Shown: in pieces, positions 34,555 to 47,467 of the stretch
Numbering within the stretch: the stretch's first letter is position 1
How the letters are laid out: every line of letters begins with the position of its first letter
NCBI RefSeq assembly: GCF_037042905.1
Contig: NC_087245.1
Coordinates: forward strand, 7,566,001 to 7,630,000
DNA length: 64,000 nucleotides
Source of the DNA: Lytechinus pictus
Lineage: Eukaryota
Direction of reading: 5' to 3'
Position numbers and translations under genes: made by a program
Notes under the pieces: model-generated
Told to the model about the DNA's origin: nothing
The model's database searches: none
The model's input: the letters and a program-made list of their open reading frames with translations, nothing else

Positions 34555-35079
34555 CACAAAGTATAAAATCATAATGATGTAGGTCATGTTGAAATTAGAC
34601 CCTGGACTGGACTCAAAATTAGATCAAGTGTAGTGTAGACCAAATGTAGATTACACAAAGTGTAGACCAAATGGCAATTAAAAAAAATTAGACCAACTGG
34701 ACATTTCGCAAAATGAGGATTAGACCAAGTGTAGACCAAATGGGTTTAGCCCATTTGGCATTAGACTAAATGAGAAGTGGGCAAACTGCATGTAGACCAA
34801 ACGAATATATACATATTTCACACTGTGGAACTGCATGATATAAAGCCAATTTTATGTACCGGTATTTGACAAAGTAAAAAAATTGTAATTATGTAGGTTA
34901 TGCTGAAATTAGACCAACTGGACATTTCGCTAAATGAGAATTAGACCAAGTGTAGTGTAGACCAAATGGCAATTCAGTAGACCAAATGGGTTTAGCCCAT
35001 TTGGCATTAGACTAAATGACAAGTGGGCAAACTGCATGTAGACCAAATGAACATACACCATGTACACATATTTCACACT
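34555..35079 (+). repeat. Duplicated block built from short TAGACCAA(A) subrepeats
   Basis: About 34680-34823 recurs at about 34905-35079. Confidence 0.75.
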
Positions 35080-35337
35080 TCGGACTGATAAAGAGAGCCG
35101 TAGCAGACGACGGAGATGCGTACATGATCTGCGTCCGCAAATAACGTGCACGCATGTATGTACTAACATGAAAAACAGCATATGGGACGATCTTACAAAA
35201 AATTGCACATGCGGGGCTATTGGAGAGTCACAGCAGATGACGGCTAGCAGACGCCGATGGGCGCGCGCATTTAGCGAGCACATCGTGATCGTTTTAACTA
35301 TCGATAGTACGTACAGTGTATTAAAAAGGTACCGCGA

Positions 35338-38300
35338 TGTCTATGGCTTTTTCGGACCATGTTGGTGCTATGAATTTCCTTTTTTTTACAGTTTAAATGA
35401 ATTTTACGTAAGTTTTAAGTGGTTTCACATGATAAATTAGATATTAAGGAATATTTTGATATCATTCTCTCGACAACAAACACATTTTGAAATTCTTGTT
35501 GTCCTGCCTACCAATACTTAGTGTATGTGAACAAAAAAATAAAACTCATTGAATCTCCTTGAAACCAGTACCATTGGAAAGAGCATAAAAAATACATGTA
35601 AAATAATGCCAAGATCATCACCCAAGGTCAAGGATTAGTGAAATAATGGTACTTTAATGATTACCAAAATGCTCGTTTTTGGTCTCCCTTAACTACACGC
35701 ATCAATGGAGGGTTGTGTGACCGTTAGTGACCAATCTGATGTGAAAATGGTGTTCAATTTGAAAGAATGCAACTTTTTTGTTTTTTTACATATCCTAATG
35801 GAACGAAAAACCTTTGGAAGAATGAAGGATAGAAAATAACATCCAAATATAAAATAGCAAATTTTGATTAATCAATAATTAATTAATCAACCACCAAATC
35901 ATGCATATATTAATGGCAACGGCAGCCATTTTATTTTCTGACATATCGATGGAAAATCATATAAAATCAATAACAAGTCGTTACAGGCTGAAACTTTGCA
36001 TAAATCATCCATTATATAAGTTCTACAATATGACAATTTGTTGTAAATTTTATTTCCTTTTAGAGCTCTATTTCCATTAGTTTGAGAATATTCAAGTCAA
36101 AAAAAGACTTTAAAAAACTAAAAGAAAATAATGAAAGTCGTCAATACATGGCTCAAAGAAGGAAACAGATCTAAAGAAAGGGAAATTGAAATGTTCATGT
36201 CTCAGACTATTAAATAAATGGATCTACTTACAATTCTCATTTATCTGTTGAATACATTGCCCTTTAGTCTTTAAATGTTTCAAGGGATTTTATTATGACA
36301 AGGTGAGATCTTCACAGAGGAAGTCCGCAGCTAGGGCAAACTTTGGCATATCATAGTCTTCAGCATCGTCTTCGTATGTCTCCCCTTCTCCCCAATACGC
36401 TACTTGGTAAGTATCTCCTCTCTTCAGGTCCTCAATCTTTCCGTAGTACAAAGTCCTTTGCTGCGTGTCATTGTCATACCAAATATGGCATATCTCATGT
36501 CCAATCACCCTACCGGTCAATATTTCAGACATTGAATTCACAACCTCTTCTCCAAACTCCTTAAACTCAGTATGAAGGTTGGCCAAGCTACAATCTTTGA
36601 TTTTCCTTTCCAACTTCTTACGATTCACTTGGTTCCTTTTTTGCAGTTTATCATTCATTCGTTTTGCAATTTCTGTCTTGATCTCATGTGTTCTCCTTCT
36701 TCTATTTGTGTTCCGTTTCCTGGCTAGGGTTGTTGCAAGCCCAATAACCTTTCTCTTTTTTTCTCCTTGCAGGTTATCCAGATAGTCAACCACATTATTT
36801 TTGACCGCCTTGATCCGTGCAGACAGAAAACACAATGTGGCATTCGGGGCATGCTCCTTTGCGGCACTGAACATGCCCATTACACTCTCCGCATCTATAT
36901 TATGACAGCGTGCAGATTCAGTTTCTTTTCTAAGTGTTTCAGTTACATTGAGAGTGAAATAACGGGCATACTGGCGTTGGAGAACTTCAACAGTTTTCAA
37001 AAGGCACGCTTTCATCATTGAGTTGAAGAGCTCGGGATCTACTGGTGGCCTTTGCAATGACTTTAACATGGCATCTTCAGCAAGCAAATTTCCAAAGAAA
37101 TCAGTCTTGGTGGTGAGTGTAGCTGAAGGATCCTGTGAAAACTCTTTCAACTGGGCCAGCACCTCCTTCACTACTTCGATCCCATCTATGTGGTTCACGT
37201 CTGACTCGCTGGACTGGTAAAACTTCTGCATCCACGGGCCTGACAGGAGCTTGCCGAGAAGGCCAAGAACGTGAAGTTCCACTTTAGCCACTGGAGTTGA
37301 ATAGTCATGGAGCAGAGCCTTGAGAAGACCACCACATGTTACCGGTGTTTCAGTAAGGAGTTTCATGAAGAAATCTTCATGATGGTGGAGCTGCTCACTG
37401 ATGTGGAACATAACGTGTAGCCTATTTCCCCTGTAACGTGGGAGCAGACCCTTTGGAAGACCGGCGCTCTCTAGTGCACTGACGAAACCTTTGGGATCAC
37501 CGCGGCTATCCTTGTACCTGAATTTGTTAAAACTCAGAATTAACTGGTGGGCGATGCAGTCTGTTCCAAACAACTTCTTCCCAAGATTGCTGGGTTCGTT
37601 AGCCTTGAGAGCAGACCGAGTAGAGCTGGCTATGGTGTCCAAGGGATGAAGATGGCAATTCAATTCGTTGAGATGTTTGCCCCAGTCAAGTTCAATTTGT
37701 CGAATTGTGGCATGGTTGACAGCAGCACGATCTGTTAAAGTATTTGATACGTGATTTATTATTTTTTGGCGTGTTAGAGTGAAGTCTGTGCTGTAAAATT
37801 GACAGTAAACATTACTAAGATGATCTACAGTGTTATTGATGTGCATTGCATAATCTGCTGCCATGCCACCAGGTAACTGGTCAACAGCGAGGATGTAACA
37901 TTTCTCCTGGCTTGTGATGTGAATGCTGTTGATGTGTACACCTTCCTGAGTTGTGGCATCGAAGGCAATAGTGAGATCCTCCTGGTCGACCAGCACTTCG
38001 GAACTAAGGAGATCAGAGACAATGCCGAGCTCTCGTGCCATCAGTTCCACAGTGTTTCTATGAGGAACATCGGGGATGTCAATACCAAATCTCTTCCCAG
38101 TCTTCTTAATCAAGGTGGGGATGCTTGATGTGGGAACATTGTTTACAACATGGTCATAAACGCTCATTCGCATCTCATCACTGTACGTCTTGCCTTCCTT
38201 TTGAAACTGAACCGCTGATCCAACTTCCAATGATTCTTCGGTTATAAGAATATCATTCTCTAATTTCTGAACATTATGTCTCAACTCCTGTAATTTCTTC

Positions 38301-41163
38301 TTCAAGTCATTGCATTCAGACACACTTTGCATTCTTGTTTCTACAATCGCAGACTTTGTCTTTAGGCAAGCCCGCTTGTGTCTCCTTTGGGCATTTTTTG
38401 ATCTCTTTTTGTATTTATTCATTTCCTCTTGTACTTCTAGAGCGACTTGAGCTTTTGCCTCCTTTATTTGCCGGTTCTTTCGGGCAATAGTTTGGTTGAG
38501 TCGCTTGATTTTGTTTATCTGTTGATAATTGACAAGACTTCTTAGGGTCGATACTTTCAACTTATATCTCTCCTTCATTTCGGATTTTGATTGTGTAACA
38601 AATTGTAATCGCTCTTTCAGTTTACGTTTTCTGGGTGTTGCAGGCTGCTTGCGCTTCGAAGAGCGAATGGATGATGGAGAATGTAAAGGTCCAGCTGTTG
38701 AATTTAACAAGAAATAAATACAAGTGTCTTTACAGTCCCAGTATAAAAGTATATGACATGTTTTAACAAAATTAGAAATGTGAAATATAGAATACAGCAT
38801 TTGTAGTATTCATTTTGGTAAATGCTATTTTGAAAGTGTATTTATATACTACAATATTGTGCAAAAATAAAAGTACTAGTAGGTGAATTGATGTCGGTTA
38901 TCAATTAAAGATAAGTGTTTTTGATCATTTTTTATTTTATGTCATTTGTGCATTTTCAATTAAAGTGAAGATGAAAATTACAATTTTAAAATCATATTAT
39001 CATAGCATGGGAAAGAATAATATAATGTGTGTAGTATGTTCATTCTACTTACAATCTGCAGAACCTGAATGTCCAGGTAGGCTCACATCATCGTCTTTCA
39101 CTGGTGTCTGAGCTTCCTCTGTCACATTGTGTGGCTGTTCAGATGATGAGACCATAGGCTCATCATGATGAACTTGTGATTCTGGAAAGATTAATGATTG
39201 TATTAAATGTTAAAGGGAAGGAACTAATCTAATTTTTTTTTCCAAATTACTGGTGGGCATTATCATAAATACAGATATGAGGTTTAGAGGTGAATCATCT
39301 ATTTAATAACTTGTTCATTTTCAAAATATAAATATTTTGTTTGTTTCTTTCATTTTATTTTGTCTTTTGAATTTATGTCTTCTCAACTTTCTCTACTGAA
39401 ATAATTATTTTATTTACCGGTACTCTCTGATGGTTCTGGTAAGTCAGGTAGTGGTGCACACACTTCAGGCATTTGAAGTACAAATGGTTCACAGCAAGTA
39501 GCTTTAAATCTGTTCATGACACTCTCTGATGTACTGTCCGAGTACTTTTTCATCTTTTTCATAAGTGCATTCATTTCAGCTTGGATGTTCTTGCATGAAT
39601 AATGCTCAGTTATGATCCTCATGGCTTTGGCTCGACTCTTATCATTCTCAAGATAGATGCGATGCACATGCCCCTTCTTCAAGTCTTCCGAGTTGCCTGG
39701 TAAATCAGCAAAATTGTTGTTCAGGTACTCACGCCTCTTGCCTGGCTGTTTTGAGAGTGCCCCCAATCGTTCCTTACCAGGTGGAGGCATGATTGACCTA
39801 AAATAAAAAAATAAAAAATAATGGAATTGACTGAATATCAGTTCACAAGTAAAAAAAAAAATAAACCTCTTTCAGTGGCATATGCAGGAATCTTTAAGGG
39901 GGGGGGTTCAAGCTGAATGAAAATGTTGACAACAAAAAAAAATTAAAAAAAGGACTTCACAACCAATTTTAGGTCATCGTTTTCTACCCCAAAAAAAATT
40001 GACAAGCAAAATATTTTTTTTTTGGGGGGGGGTATAAATTTTTTTTTTAAGCCCCCCCCCCCCTGGATATGAAATCAAGTACATGTACACTCCTGTTGCA
40101 ACAGCCCCCGCCCCCCCAAAAAAAAAAAAAAAATTAAGTACTTTTAAAACTTGTCTTAGAGTTAGACTTAACTCAGAGTTAAAATTAATCTCAATTTTGT
40201 CATTTTTGAATTTGATAAGCAGATAATCTAAGAAAAATATAGCCTACCAAGAGAGATTTAAAATTTAGGGATATAAAAAAATTGATAGATATATTTCTAA
40301 ATATAGATCTAGAATATATCAAATTTAGCTTAAAATAAATTTAGCTCGAGAAATTCGGTGAAGAAAAGAAAGTTCAACCGTGTGAACAAGCAGCAGGATT
40401 CATGTTCTCATCAGCGGGCGGCAGCCACTTCAACGCCAGCGCGGGCCCAGGAAAATCGGCCGGGTATCGCTTACACACACACACACCCCCGCTGCACGCG
40501 TCTCGGTCAATCTTGAAATTTAGACTCGGAACACGGTGCAAGTTTCGGAGCGAAAAAATATTGTTTCGGTAAAAAAATCACTTAGATATTTCACACACAG
40601 TTCAATCGATAAATATGCTAACGAGACATATAAATTTCTAAAGGGTACTCACGTTATTTCATCAAAATGCCTGGCCTCGAAATTGTCCTCAAACTTCAGA
40701 CAGTTGTATCTCTGGTTCTGTTCGGCTGACGAAAAAATTTCCACATGTGTTGCGATCGGAATTTCCCCACGATAATATCGATATCCAATTGATGATGTAA
40801 GAGCCAAAAATAACAGTGCTACGGCAATTTGAACGCACCCCTGTCATGCATACAATGGATATCGAGCGAAGCGTACGGCGATACCAAAGCAGTGCGCCGC
40901 TGAGGCTTGGATTGTCACGTACCTACCAGTGAGGCTGAGTTACCCGTGCTAATAAACTGGGACTCCACTCACGCGCATTTGGGCCGCCCTAGCTTAGAAC
41001 TAAGCAATATTATCTAGAAATTGTTACATTGTAGTCATTAAATATGTTCTATTAAATAAATTGATAATGTTTAATCGGTACTCACCGGTTCTTTTGTTGC
41101 ATTTTCAGACCATTTCTCACAATTCTTCGTAAATATTTGCGGCAAATTTTGTCGCCATAGACA
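35338..41163 (-). mobile_element. DNA transposon carrying the transposase; ends unresolved
   Basis: Outer candidate: 10-bp inverted pair TGTCTATGGC (35338-35347) / GCCATAGACA (41154-41163), no TSD. Inner candidate: CTTAGT (about 35517) / ACTAAG (about 41004) flanked by CAATA. Confidence 0.5.
36293..39790 (-). CDS. Spliced DDE transposase, hAT-like (exons 39790-39418, 39181-39053, 38694-36293; 967 aa) with C-terminal Spindlin/Tudor-like domain
   Basis: Two GT-AG phase-1 introns join ORFs 39410..39790 and 36293..38800 in frame. Motifs: IAFDATT (D1), TLTDRAAVN (D2), NCHLH (CxxH), GNRLH, HNIDAESVMG (E); N-terminal coiled-coil/basic region. Confidence 0.85.
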
Positions 41164-41429
41164 GCTTAGCATCCATCTTTATTGATAAATGGAGCGCCCT
41201 TTATGATAGTTGTTAATGCCGCGGAGAAATCGTTAGGCATTTTGGCCTGTGTTCAAGGCGTTCTTTCTGTTTTATTTTTTATATTGAAGATTGTGCATTT
41301 GTTGAATAGCGCCGTCTACGTCAGGTATGAGATCGAGTGTATAAATACACTCTTCCAAAATAATTATGATTCCGACCTGGCGCTGTTTAACTTCAATCTC
41401 TTTCACCTAAATTAGCGATGAATGCTAGC

Positions 41430-42185
41430 ATTATAAAATATATATTATTAACGTCTGACGAAAAGAATAACCAACCGATCAGCTGACGAGAACGCGAATC
41501 ACGTGATCTTCATATCAGCTTCGATCGCGAGTCAGAAGAGAAGAGCAGCTGCCCAGAAAATCAGGAAAAAGCCGTGAAAATGTAAGTTCCCCTTCATTTC
41601 TTTCATTTTTTGTTGTTGCTAACGATGCATTTACACTATAAAATTATAATTTAAATAAGAGAAAGGAATATAGCTTGTACTTGTGATATAATATATAAAT
41701 ATCCTGTTCTCAGAGATTTCTAACCAAAAATACTACTGATGTCGCCTATGAGGTCCATACATGTAATATGTAATGTTGGACCTCATTGGTACTAGGAGTG
41801 GTACCAATGAGGTCCAAACATTACATGTATGGACCTCAGTCATAGGCGACATAAGTGATAAAACCGGTTAGACATTGCCGTTTCTATTTGCACACAAGGA
41901 CTTTGGCAAATGTACGCCTTAATACAAATTGGATGGTAAAAATTCTGGTATAAATTAGTTCTTAACATCTTAAATAATCTATTACAATGGTTAAAAGTTA
42001 ATGGATTGAGGTTAAAACCGTTAAACTTACATTTTCAGTCTTTTTTCTTGAATTCTTGGTGAGCGTTCCAAACGCTGTGGGGACTGATCAACTCCGATGT
42101 GATTCACGTACTGGTCAGCTGATCTGATCGGTCAGGTGATCGGTTGGTTATCTTTTTGTCAGACGTTCATAATTTATATTACAAT
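41430..42185. mobile_element. Fold-back element with about 55-bp imperfect terminal inverted repeats and an internal 110-bp hairpin (41741-41850)
   Basis: AACGTCTGACGAAAAGAATAACCAACCGATCAGCTGAC vs GTCAGGTGATCGGTTGGTTATCTTTTTGTCAGACGTT. Confidence 0.7.
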
Positions 42186-42499
42186 ATATCAATTTTCAGT
42201 ATCTTGATTTCAAGCATCAGTATTTGCAGGGAAAAGTCATTATCGATTGGAATCAGTGGCAGATCGGGGGGGGGGGGGGGGGGATGGTTCAGCATTTCTG
42301 GCCCGTTCCACCTTTTGAGATTCATAGTCAATATTTTGGATGTAAAAAAAAATATGTCGTTCGTACAAAGTTATGTCCCCCCCCCCCACCTCCTTATGAG
42401 AATCACAGCAATATTTGTAATGGGGATATTTTGTTCATATTCTTTGCTCTTTTTTGTCCTTTTCTTTTTTACTACTCAAATTTGTTTTACTTTGAACAA

Positions 42500-43410
42500 C
42501 ATGACTTTCTATATTTAATGACAAACTTTTTTAGGGGGGGTGGGGGCTTGCCAAATATAACGCGCGACAAGATGACCTTCTTTTTTTAGTGACAACTTTT
42601 TTTTTATTTGTCAAATTTTACGAGAGACAAAATGACCTTCGATCATTATTAGTTAAACCTTTTTTTTGGGGGGGGGGGTAGGGGGCTCGCCAAATAGTGA
42701 CACACTTTTTTTGTAAAATTTTACGCTAGAAAAAATGATCTTCAATCATTATCAGTTACCTTTCATTTGTTTTTTTTTTAGGGGGGGGGGCTTGTCAAAT
42801 TTTACGTGGGACAAATGACCTTCATTTTTTAGTGATTTTTTTTTATACTAGACAAATTTTAAGAGGAACAAAATGGCCTTCAATCATTTTTAGTTAAAAC
42901 CTTTTTTTTTGGGGGGGGGCTTGCCAAATATTTCACAAACAAAATGAACTTCAATTTTAGTGACCATCTTTTTATTACTTTTAAAATTTCACGCAGGACA
43001 AAATGACCTTCACTTTTTTTTAATGTTATGTTATATCGAGATTTTATACCTGACTGCTAAACAAGCACGAATGCCTGTGAGCAAGCAACCAGGGGACCGA
43101 CGGCTTAAGGTCCTCTCCGAGGGACCTGGTAATGAGGATAAATGCCTTACCAAAGGGCACTAGCGCACCACTTGGGAATCGAACCCGGGTCACCGGAATC
43201 CGAAACCCCCGCTCTACCGACTGAGCTATCGCGCCTCCGATATGTTAACATTGGGGGGGGGGGGGCTTGCCAAATATAACAAAATGACAGTCTTTTATTT
43301 TTAGTAACCATCTTTTTTGTTTTACTTGTCAAATCTTACGCGAGACAAAATGACAATTTTTCTGTGATAACCTTTTTTTGGGGGGTTGTCAAATTTTACT
43401 TGAGAAAATG
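42500..43410 (+). repeat. Degenerate tandem array (GGGGCTTGxCAAAT...GACAAAATGACCTTC) interrupted by a SINE
   Basis: Motifs recur at roughly 50-130 bp spacing. Confidence 0.7.
43022..43239 (-). mobile_element. tRNA-derived SINE (V-domain-like body)
   Basis: Minus strand GGCGCGATAGCTCAGTCGGTAGAGC...GGTTCGATTCCC then GGACCTTAAGCCGTCGGTCCC; (ATAAC)n tail. Confidence 0.8.
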
Positions 43411-43747
43411 CACCCCCCTACTTTGGAAAATCGAAGATTAAGATCATGAGTATAGCCTACATCTCAGAGGCGTAAACAGATGGGGGCATGGCTGGCCATC
43501 CCCCGAGTGGATTTCACCTGAAAAAAAACATGATAAGAGCAAAGGAAGGAAGAAAGAAAGAAAGAAAGAAAAAATGAAAGAAAGAAGGAACGAAAGGAAA
43601 TGTAAAATGGAAGGAAAGTCATGTGAGAACAAATAATCCCGGGGGGGGGGGGGCTACTCAGATAATAAAAAAATCTGCCATCTGTAATTAAATTGGATTA
43701 GTTAATATCCAGAGGTCCCAGGGCTACCAACATACATGTAGCGCGGG

Positions 43748-43933
43748 CAGTGGCGTACCTAGGATTTTCCACAGGGGGGCAAAATCGGCCGCCAAAAAAT
43801 TTGACAAGCAAAAAAAAAAAAAAAAAAAAAGGTCTTCAAGCTCGTCAGGGGAGGGGGGGCAGAGATACGTAATTTGCATGGGTTTGTGACTCATCGGGGG
43901 GGGGGGCAGACTGCCCCCCTAGGTACGCTAGTG
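43748..43933. mobile_element. hAT-type MITE
   Basis: CAGTGGCGTACCTAGG...CCTAGGTACGCTAGTG; TSD degenerate. Confidence 0.65.
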
Positions 43934-46647
43934 CTCGGGACTTACATTACGTAACTATTATCTTCCACACGCGACATGTGCTATGCCCCCTCTTATATAC
44001 CCCTGTTATGCCCCTGCACAGACTCGTCTACATTGATTTCGATATTTAAGCGTCATTATAAAATTATAGCAAAAAGAACGCCTTGATTAAAGGCCATTAC
44101 CCCTAGAGACTCGCGAGCGTCATGTGACAACTCGCCCTGGATTTGCATGTACAGGATCCTATGGCGACAACAGCCATCGCAAGAGTTGGCCAGAAGAGGC
44201 GATGAAAACACAAAATTTTGAAAGAAAAGAACCCGTGAGTACCCATTTTACATTATAATTAAGAAATTAGTATATAATGAATAAGTTAGACCTAAATTTA
44301 GGCCGTAATTTATATGAATTTGCTGGAAATTCAAGGCCAAAACGTACCAGTCTGGCGTCGACTTTTCCAACACGCGTTGGAATAGCGGTGTAGCCCCAGA
44401 GTGGTATTGCGAGGTTAGTATTAGTATACTAACCTCGCACCACGCAGGCGCGGATCCAAGATTTTGTGGGGAGGGGGGCCCAAATTTGACCTGATTTTTG
44501 GCGCCCATGTGTACTTTTCAAAAAATGGCGCCCCCTCCCTCCCGGCCAGGCTAAATTAAATGTAACTTAAATGCCTTGAATGTATTTTGAATTATCTTAT
44601 TACATAATCACGTTAAAAAAAGGCAATTAAAGACCACTTTTTTATGTGTTCTTGAAAAAAAAATCCATGAATATATAATGTAGTATCAATGGGAGCGCGA
44701 AGCGCGAGCGATTTTGGGGGGTCTCAATTTGGTTTAACTTCTCACCACTCATTCAATGAACAAGGTTATGATATAACCTTGTTCTCAGTTGTATCTCCAT
44801 GTGTGGCAAAATAAGGATGGCAATGTTTGGCTTATCTTCTCTTTTTCTTTGGGACAAATTGATTTTTTTACACTGACAGTTTACATTACACCTATTTGTC
44901 ATACAACTCAGCCCTTAAGTAAATTTGATTCTTTAAATTATTTTTTTCTTAATTAAAAATAGAGATAAAAAATGAAAATTTTCTTGCCATATTATTTACC
45001 ACCAATAGAGGGCGTATACAAAAATATGCCCAAAATTAACGTTTTTGAGCGCTCTAGTGAATACAAAAATTATTCCCAAGTTTCTAATGAAAAAATAAAT
45101 TGCAACTGTATTAAAATTAGTAATTTTGGTCACAAAAGTGATATTTTAATCATTTTTTAAAGTGTGTGCTCTGTACAGCATTGGCATGCCATAGTCCAAC
45201 CTGTAGATTCCCCACAGGCAGGGTGGTTGCAGTGAACAAGTGCTTCTCACCAGAGTAGGCCCTACTTGAATATTGTGTGAACGGGAGCTGTAGTTTCTTT
45301 ACTAGTTGTTTAGAATAGCCCTCATTAATATCAGTGATAACCTCTTGGGAATAATGCAATCTCGAAGCAATCGACTCAATCTCCTCATCAGTGGCGAAGC
45401 TGTGATTTATTCAGCAGGGTTGCACGGGGGGGGGGGGGGCTTGTTAAACTTTTGTAGAGGGCACCAAGATAAAAAAATAAAAATAAAATGGGGGGTAGAA
45501 GTTGAAGAAATTCTGAAATTATATTTTTTTAAACACATTGAGGTATCTCACAAGGTCTAAATAAATAATGATAACGCGAAGCGCGATATATTTGACATAA
45601 TATTTGGAAAATAATATTATATTTCACCATAATCCCTTTCCTTTTCTCTCTTTTTTTTCTTGGTCGTGATTTTTTTTTTTTTTTTTTTGGGGGGGACAAA
45701 ACGCCCATGTCCTAACAGTCATTTCCTAGCTTTACTTTATAAACAATATTAATGTGCAATAATCTCATAAGCCCTATGCGAGATAAAAAAAATAATTAAA
45801 TTTCATGTATTTTGACCTGAAAATTGAACATTCTGGGCAATGTTTGTGAACCTGAACAAGATGCGTATGTAACTAGATAATTACTACGAGCGCGAAGCGC
45901 GAGGAGAAATTTTTAATGTGCGTTCTGACCTGGTCGAAAAGGGACCTGTTAAGGAAGTTTTGCAGTTAGCCATTAAGACGATACATATTTCAACGATTAA
46001 ATAATGCGAGCGCGAAGCGCGAGCTGAACATTTATGATATTCCAACCTAAAAAAATAGATTTCAAACCCCCAACGGGACACTCGATTCATGTTTTGTCAC
46101 TCATGAAAAATGATGGGTAGTTTTTGGTATCTTCCTACATTAATAATGCGAGCGCAAAGCGCGAGCAGAAAATTTTTGATGTTCTGATCTAAAACTGGAT
46201 AATTTTAGCACCTTTTTAATAAGATCAAGATGCGTATCTCAATAAACATGCATGCACGTGTTTTAGAGTTAGACAGAATTTGGGCATTCTGAATACATTT
46301 CATTTTTCATCATGAAAATCAATAATGCGAGCGCGGATCGCGAGCTGGAAATAATATTTGAAATTCCGATATGAAATGGGTCAACTTAAGCAATATTTAA
46401 AGCACTGTGTATATAGGGGAATTGTGAAGTGAATGTGGAAAATACTTAATAAATGATTCGAGCGCGAAGCGCGAGCTGATATTTTATTATTATTTTAAAC
46501 TAGGATCGAGACATTTTAGGCCTAAGGACATTTTGTCATATAAAAATGATGCCTATCTTCTATTCCTCTTCCTAAAACGTGTCGATACTTTTTTCTGAAA
46601 AAGGGACAATTTAGTTATGAATTCATAAAAAATTTTATTTCATATTT

Positions 46648-47467
46648 GAAGAGTTTAGTTGCAAAAGGGGTTAGGTCTACTTTGGACCATTCCGAGAAAA
46701 AACATGTTTTTTATTCACACTTATTGCAATAGTCTTATGAGAAACTAAATTGTCATGATGTACTACCCTATCATGTGAACATAAAATTGGGTATAAAAGA
46801 AATCTACCTGTCTTCAATTTTTTTCTATATATCTTTAAAAAAATTATCATTGTGGACCTAACCCCTTTTGCAACTAAACTGAAATGAATCCAATCTCTTT
46901 TGATTAAAAAAGTGATTTTTCTTTGCCACTTTCATTCACATTTTCATTTGAATTTCAAATTTTCTTTCGTTTCATCAGAGTGACTAAAAATTTAGAGGTT
47001 TAGAGACAGAAAACAATAAAATTTATGAAAAATGGCCCTTACCCATTTTGACAAATGAGTTCTTCAGAAGAGTTTTTTTGCAAAAGGGGTTAGGTCCACT
47101 CCAAGAAAATCATTTTTTAATTCTCCCATATTGCAATATTCTTATGCGAAACTGAATTTTCATGATACCCTTCCATGAGAACATGAAATTGGGTATAAAA
47201 GAAATCTACCTGTCTTCATATATTTTATGATATACTTTTCCCAAAAAATTATGTTTGGACCTAACCCCTTTTGCAACTAAACTGAAATGGACCTAACCCC
47301 TTTTGAAAAAAAGTGGCTTTTCTTTGCCATTTTAGTTCTTTTTTTTAATAGGAATTTCAACTTTTCTTTGGTATCATCTCATAGAGCTACTAAAAATCTA
47401 TACATTGAGACATAAAAATCAAATTTGATGAAAAATGGACCTAACCCCTTTTGCAAGTGAGCTCTTC
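46648..47467. mobile_element. Head-to-tail dimer of a 400-420 bp TIR element with 4-bp ATTT TSD (Sola-like)
   Basis: attt|GAAGAGTTTAGTTGCAAAAGGGGTTAGGTC...GACCTAACCCCTTTTGCAAGTGAGCTCTTC|attt; internal junction TTCTTC a GAAGAG at about 47060-47072. Confidence 0.8.

Noticed and set aside
38695..38800. Listed N-terminus of the 835-aa ORF (MLYSIFH...)
   Set aside because: Intronic; an acceptor at 38694 joins upstream exons in frame.
35507..40928. CCTACCA direct repeat as a 7-bp TSD of the transposon
   Set aside because: Sequences inside the repeats are not inverted, and the heptamer also occurs at about 40243.
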